Assembly: GCA_044220955.1 (NCBI GenBank) | Contig: JBGAQA010000001.1 | Coordinates: 158,777 to 222,776 of the forward strand | Direction of reading: 5' to 3' | Length of the DNA stretch: 64,000 nucleotides | Origin: Sandaracinaceae bacterium | Lineage (GTDB): Bacteria; Myxococcota_A; Polyangia; Polyangiales; Sandaracinaceae | Part shown: positions 60,168 to 64,000 of the stretch, one piece after another | Numbering within the stretch: position 1 is the stretch's first letter | Layout: each line of letters starts with the position of its first letter | Notes under the pieces: model-generated | The model's input: only the letters and a program-made list of their open reading frames with translations | Database searches by the model: none | Told to the model about the DNA's origin: nothing | Made by a program: the position numbers and the translations under genes

Positions 60168-61154
60168 ATGGACCACACGTTTCTGGGAGGCACGGGCGTC
60201 AAGGTCTCGCGCCTCGCGCTCGGCACGATGACCTTCGGCGGCGACGCCGACCTCGAGACCTCGCGGGCGATCTACCGGCGCGCGCGCGAGGCGGGCATCG
60301 ACCACGTCGACACCGCGGACGTCTACAACAAGGGACGCACCGAGGAGATCGTCGGCGAGCTCGTCGGCCCGGAGCGCGATCGCATCGTCCTCGCGACCAA
60401 GGCGTACTTCCCGGCGGGCGCGGGGCCCAACGATCGCGGCTCGAGCCGCTACCACCTCGTGCGCAGCCTCGAGGGGAGCCTGAAGCGGCTGCGCACCGAC
60501 CGCGTGGACCTCTTCTACCTGCATCGCTTCGACGAGCGCACCGATCTCGAGGAGTCGCTCCGCGCGCTCGATCACCTCGTCGCGCGCGGGCTCGTGCTCT
60601 ACCCGGCCGTGAGCAACTTCGCGGCGTGGCAGGTCACGAAGGCGCTCGGCGTGTCGGCGCTGCACGGCCTCGCGAAGCTCGTGGCCATCCAGCCGATGTA
60701 CAACCTCGCCAAGCGCACGGCCGAGATCGAGCTCTTGCCGATGGCGGCGAGCGAGCGGATCGCGGTGTTCCCGTACTCGCCGCTCGGCGGGGGCCTCTTC
60801 AGCGGCAAGTACCGCGCGTCCGAGAAGCCCTCGGGCACGCGCATCGCCGACTGGCCGCTCTACCGGCACCGCTACGGCGACAAGCTCGAGCTCGCCGAGC
60901 GCTTCGCGGCGCTCGCGGCCGAGGCGGGCGTGCACCCGGCGACGCTCGCGGTCGCGTGGGTGATGAGCCACCCGGCCGTCACGGCCCCGATCCTCGGCGC
61001 ACGCAGCGTCGCGCAGCTCGAGCCCTCGCTCGCCGCCGCCGACTACCAGCTGGACCCGGCGCTCCGCGCGCGCATCTCCGCGCTGGTCCCCGAGCCCCCG
61101 CCGGCGACCGACCGCAACGAAGAGGGCGTGATCGAGGGGCTGGGCGCCCGATGA
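60168..61154 (+). CDS. Aldo/keto reductase
   Basis: VSRLALGTMTFG, DTADVY, LATK, DLFYLH, SNF, QPMYNL, YSPLGGG. Confidence 0.92.
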   Translation: MDHTFLGGTGVKVSRLALGTMTFGGDADLETSRAIYRRAREAGIDHVDTADVYNKGRTEEIVGELVGPERDRIVLATKAYFPAGAGPNDRGSSRYHLVRSLEGSLKRLRTDRVDLFYLHRFDERTDLEESLRALDHLVARGLVLYPAVSNFAAWQVTKALGVSALHGLAKLVAIQPMYNLAKRTAEIELLPMAASERIAVFPYSPLGGGLFSGKYRASEKPSGTRIADWPLYRHRYGDKLELAERFAALAAEAGVHPATLAVAWVMSHPAVTAPILGARSVAQLEPSLAAADYQLDPALRARISALVPEPPPATDRNEEGVIEGLGAR

Positions 61155-62338
61155 GCGAGAGCGGAAGCGAGGCGATGAAGCGGATCGCCGCGGAGTGCGG
61201 GCTCGACCCGAGCTTTCCCGACGCGGTGATGGCCGAGGTGCGCGAGCGCGCGGCGCGCGTGCGCATGGACGATCCCGCGCTGCCCAGCCTCGAGCACCTG
61301 CCCTTCGTGACGATCGACGGGCCGACCTCGAAGGATCTCGATCAGGCGCTCCACGTCGCGTGCGGCGAGCGAGGCCGGCCCTTCACGGTGCGCTACGCGC
61401 TCGCAGCCGCGGCCGACTTCGTCCAGCCGGGCTCGGCGCTCTTCGAGGAAGCGCTGAAGCGCGGCGCGAGCTTCTATCTCCCGGGCTTCTCCGTGCCGAT
61501 GCTGCCGCGCGAGCTCAGCGAGGGGATCATCTCGCTGAACGAGAAGGTCGTCCGGCGCGCGCTCGTGTTCGTGATCGACCTCGACGACGAGGGCCGCATC
61601 CTCGAGACGCGCGTCGAGCGCGCGCGCATCCGGAGCCGCCGCAAGCTCGCCTGGGGCGAGGTGCAGCGGCTCTACGACGGCGCGCCGAGCGATCTGCGCG
61701 GGACCGACCTCGAGCCCTCGCTGCTGGCGCTCCGCGAGGTGGGCAAGCGGCGCGTGGCGGACGCCGCGGCGCGCGACGTGGTGCGCTACCACCGCCGCGA
61801 GGTGCTGGTCGAGATCGATCGAGACGGGCTCGGCGTGTCGGTGGTCGAGGCCGTGCGCGACGAGGTCGAGCTCTACAACGAGCAGATCTCGCTGCTCGTG
61901 AACTCCGAGGGCGGCCGCCTGCTGCGCGAGCAGCCCTCGCCGGCGGTGCAGCCCATCTACCGCATCCACCCCGGGCCCGATCCCGAGCGGATGGCCGCGC
62001 TGCGCAAGATGATCGACGCGGTCGTCGATGCGCACGGCCTGCCTGACGACCCGTTCCGGTTCCGCGAAGGCGAGAGCCTCGCCGCCTACGTCCGCGCACT
62101 GCCGCAGTCGGGGCCGCACGTGCGCGTGGCACGGGCACTCGAGCGCCAGAGCCTGCTCGTGAGCCTGCGCTCGTCGTACGCGAGCGAGCCCGGGGTTCAC
62201 TTCGGTGTCGGGGCCGAGCCCTACGCGCGCTTCTCGGCGCCGATGCGCGAGGTCGTCGGCATCTTCCTCCACCGCCAGATGCAGCAGGTGCTCGCTGGCG
62301 ACACGGCGAGCGAGCGATCCACCGTTCCTTGCGCGTAA
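61151..62338 (+). CDS. RNB-domain (RNase II/R-like) protein, probably 3'-truncated
   Basis: FVTIDG..SKDLDQAL, RG.S.YLP, PMLP.ELS, HFG.....YARFSAPMR; stops ~25 codons after that motif. Confidence 0.75.
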   Translation: MSESGSEAMKRIAAECGLDPSFPDAVMAEVRERAARVRMDDPALPSLEHLPFVTIDGPTSKDLDQALHVACGERGRPFTVRYALAAAADFVQPGSALFEEALKRGASFYLPGFSVPMLPRELSEGIISLNEKVVRRALVFVIDLDDEGRILETRVERARIRSRRKLAWGEVQRLYDGAPSDLRGTDLEPSLLALREVGKRRVADAAARDVVRYHRREVLVEIDRDGLGVSVVEAVRDEVELYNEQISLLVNSEGGRLLREQPSPAVQPIYRIHPGPDPERMAALRKMIDAVVDAHGLPDDPFRFREGESLAAYVRALPQSGPHVRVARALERQSLLVSLRSSYASEPGVHFGVGAEPYARFSAPMREVVGIFLHRQMQQVLAGDTASERSTVPCA

Positions 62339-62370
62339 CGGCGCCCGCGAGGTCCAGAAGGCGGTCGCGA

Positions 62371-62697
62371 TCAGGATCTGGTGCTCGCGCCTCCCTCGCC
62401 GGACGGGACCGCGCGAGGACCGCATAGGCCTTGAGGCTCGCAGCCGTAAGCTCGATCTTTGGCATCCGAGCGCCGAGGGCTGCGGCGCGCCGCTCGCCCG
62501 AGCCGCGCGTGAAGCTCGGTCTCGAACTCGTAGAAGTCGCGCGCGCCCGTCTTGCCGGTCACCGCGTGATCTTCGAGGAACTTCCGCACGCCGTCGAGCA
62601 CGCGATCGTGGAACGAACGCTGCGTCTCGCTCATGCGGAGCGCGCGAGAAACCTCGGGACGAATGGAGCGAACGATGGAGGTGCTGGTCATGCCCAC
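62371..62697 (-). pseudogene. Possible transposase N-terminal remnant
   Basis: DFYEFETELHARL recalls ISKra4-type N-termini; frame degenerates straight after. Confidence 0.35.
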
Positions 62698-63650
62698 GTC
62701 AACACGCGGCTCTCAGCGGAATTCCCTCGATTCGTCGCGTCAGGATCGGATCTACACCGTGAGCTGAGAGAAGGCCTGCCTCGGAGAACGCAAGGAATTC
62801 GAGTGAACTCTCGGCACGTCGAGCACGAGCTAGGCTGCAGGCCGCATCGAGGTAGGTCATGAGTTAACGTAGTCGCAGCCGATTCCGCTCGCCGTAGGCC
62901 ACACAATGACCTCGGTCGGCGTGATCGACGGGTAGGTGCTGCAGACCTCCATCACGTCGGTCGACCTGCACCTCCGTGCTGCGCGGACGACGTGCTCGCG
63001 TCCCAGATCCAGTGGTCAGTCCCGAGAGCTCAATACGCCGGTCGACCTGGGCCCGCTTTGCGCCGCGCTGGATCCGCGTGGGCGACCGTCTCGTGGATCT
63101 CCAGCGGACGCCACCTTCTGCCGAGCAACTTCGGAACGGCACCGTGTTCAAGGACAGGCCGCCACGCAACGCGGCGCGCTCTCTCCCTCAGGCCGCATGC
63201 AGAGGGGCGTGGCGCCGGAGCATCCCCACTCCGTCGGGCGTCCGGGAGGCGTCTCCGTGCCGCAGATGCAGTACGTGCGCGCCCCGTCGACTCCCGAGCC
63301 TCACGCCGGACGAGGTCCACCGCGGCGCGACGAAGCCGAGCGGCACGCGAGGTCGCGTGACGTACTTCGACGGCCGCATGCGCTGGTACCACTTCGGGTA
63401 GCGCGAGGCGCCGGACAGGATGTGCGTCCGGCGCCTCGTTCATTGAAAACACGGGCGACCTCCTCTCCTTCGCCTCGCGCGGATCGGGCCGCGCTCGTTC
63501 TGCATCAAGCTCCGGTCGTCGCGAACGACCCCGTCTCGACCGCTCGCGCCGCGCGAACGAACGCGACGACAGCACATGGAGCCGCCACCCTCAACTTGCA
63601 GCAGACCTCGGGACTACGCCGCTCCGCGCGGCACGCGCGGCCGCATTACC

Positions 63651-64000
63651 GGTTCTCCGACAGGTTTCGTGGGCGTCGCATGCGTGGCCTGACCTCCGGG
63701 ACGAGCTTCGTGGCCGAGGGATTCGCGTGAGGGCGAGGAGCGTGTGACGCGGGAGAAGATGCGCACGACCCGCGGTACGGTTTGGTTCTCTACGCCAACC
63801 GGAACGAGGTGCCGTGCGCGCCACGAGTTTACTCCGACTGCTGTCACGCTTGGGTCCCCAGCACACGGTCGTCGCCGGGTTCGCGATGGACGCGCCCCGG
63901 AAGGCGCTCGTGCTCGACGTGCGGCCGACGACTCGCACGCCCCTCTGCGGCAGCTGCTTCCGGCGGTGCCCGCAGGGCTACGACCATCGACTTCGCGAGT
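63651..64000 (+). mobile_element. ISL3-family insertion sequence, left end (runs off window)
   Basis: Candidate terminal IR GGTTCTCCGACAGGTTTCGTGGG at 63651, followed by a transposase start. Confidence 0.7.
63814..64000 (+). CDS. ISL3 transposase N-terminus (partial)
   Basis: My translation from GTG 63814: MRATSLLRLLSRLGPQHTVVAGFAMDAPRKALVLDVRPTTRTPLCGSCFRRCPQGYDHRLRE; CxxC...YD.R zinc-finger start; GAGGT RBS. Confidence 0.75.
   Translation, partial: MRATSLLRLLSRLGPQHTVVAGFAMDAPRKALVLDVRPTTRTPLCGSCFRRCPQGYDHRLRE

Noticed and set aside
62936..63730. ORFs 62936..63730 and 62976..63401 as genes
   Set aside because: No recognisable motifs or convincing starts; probably decayed sequence

Overview
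High-GC (roughly 70-75% by eye) chromosomal segment, most likely from a myxobacterium of the Polyangiales/Sandaracinaceae type. This is inferred from MYXO-CTERM-like tails, many Cys-rich 'DAG' lipoproteins, Hanks kinases and MXAN_5187/MXAN_6640-like genes. The first ~53 kb are mostly housekeeping and secreted-protein genes plus two PIN-toxin TA pairs. The most notable locus is at ~54-60 kb: a HEAT/ARM-like gene coupled to a SWIM zinc-finger gene, then a ~350-nt msr-msd-like RNA (29-bp a1/a2 inverted repeat, 21-bp perfect msd stem, extra multiloop), then a retron reverse transcriptase with an extra N-terminal domain. This matches the poorly characterised Mx162-like (type XIII) retron layout. 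It is followed by an apparently truncated RNB gene, IS debris and the start of an ISL3 element. Other notable features: an S8 protease/metalloprotease ORF with an internal sorting signal, a hydrolase gene bracketed by 59-bp inverted repeats, a family of covarying structured intergenic repeats (one inside a 45-bp duplication), a frameshifted PBP1A and a desaturase pseudogene. Family calls come from motif recognition only; no searches were run, and start codons are my best picks.
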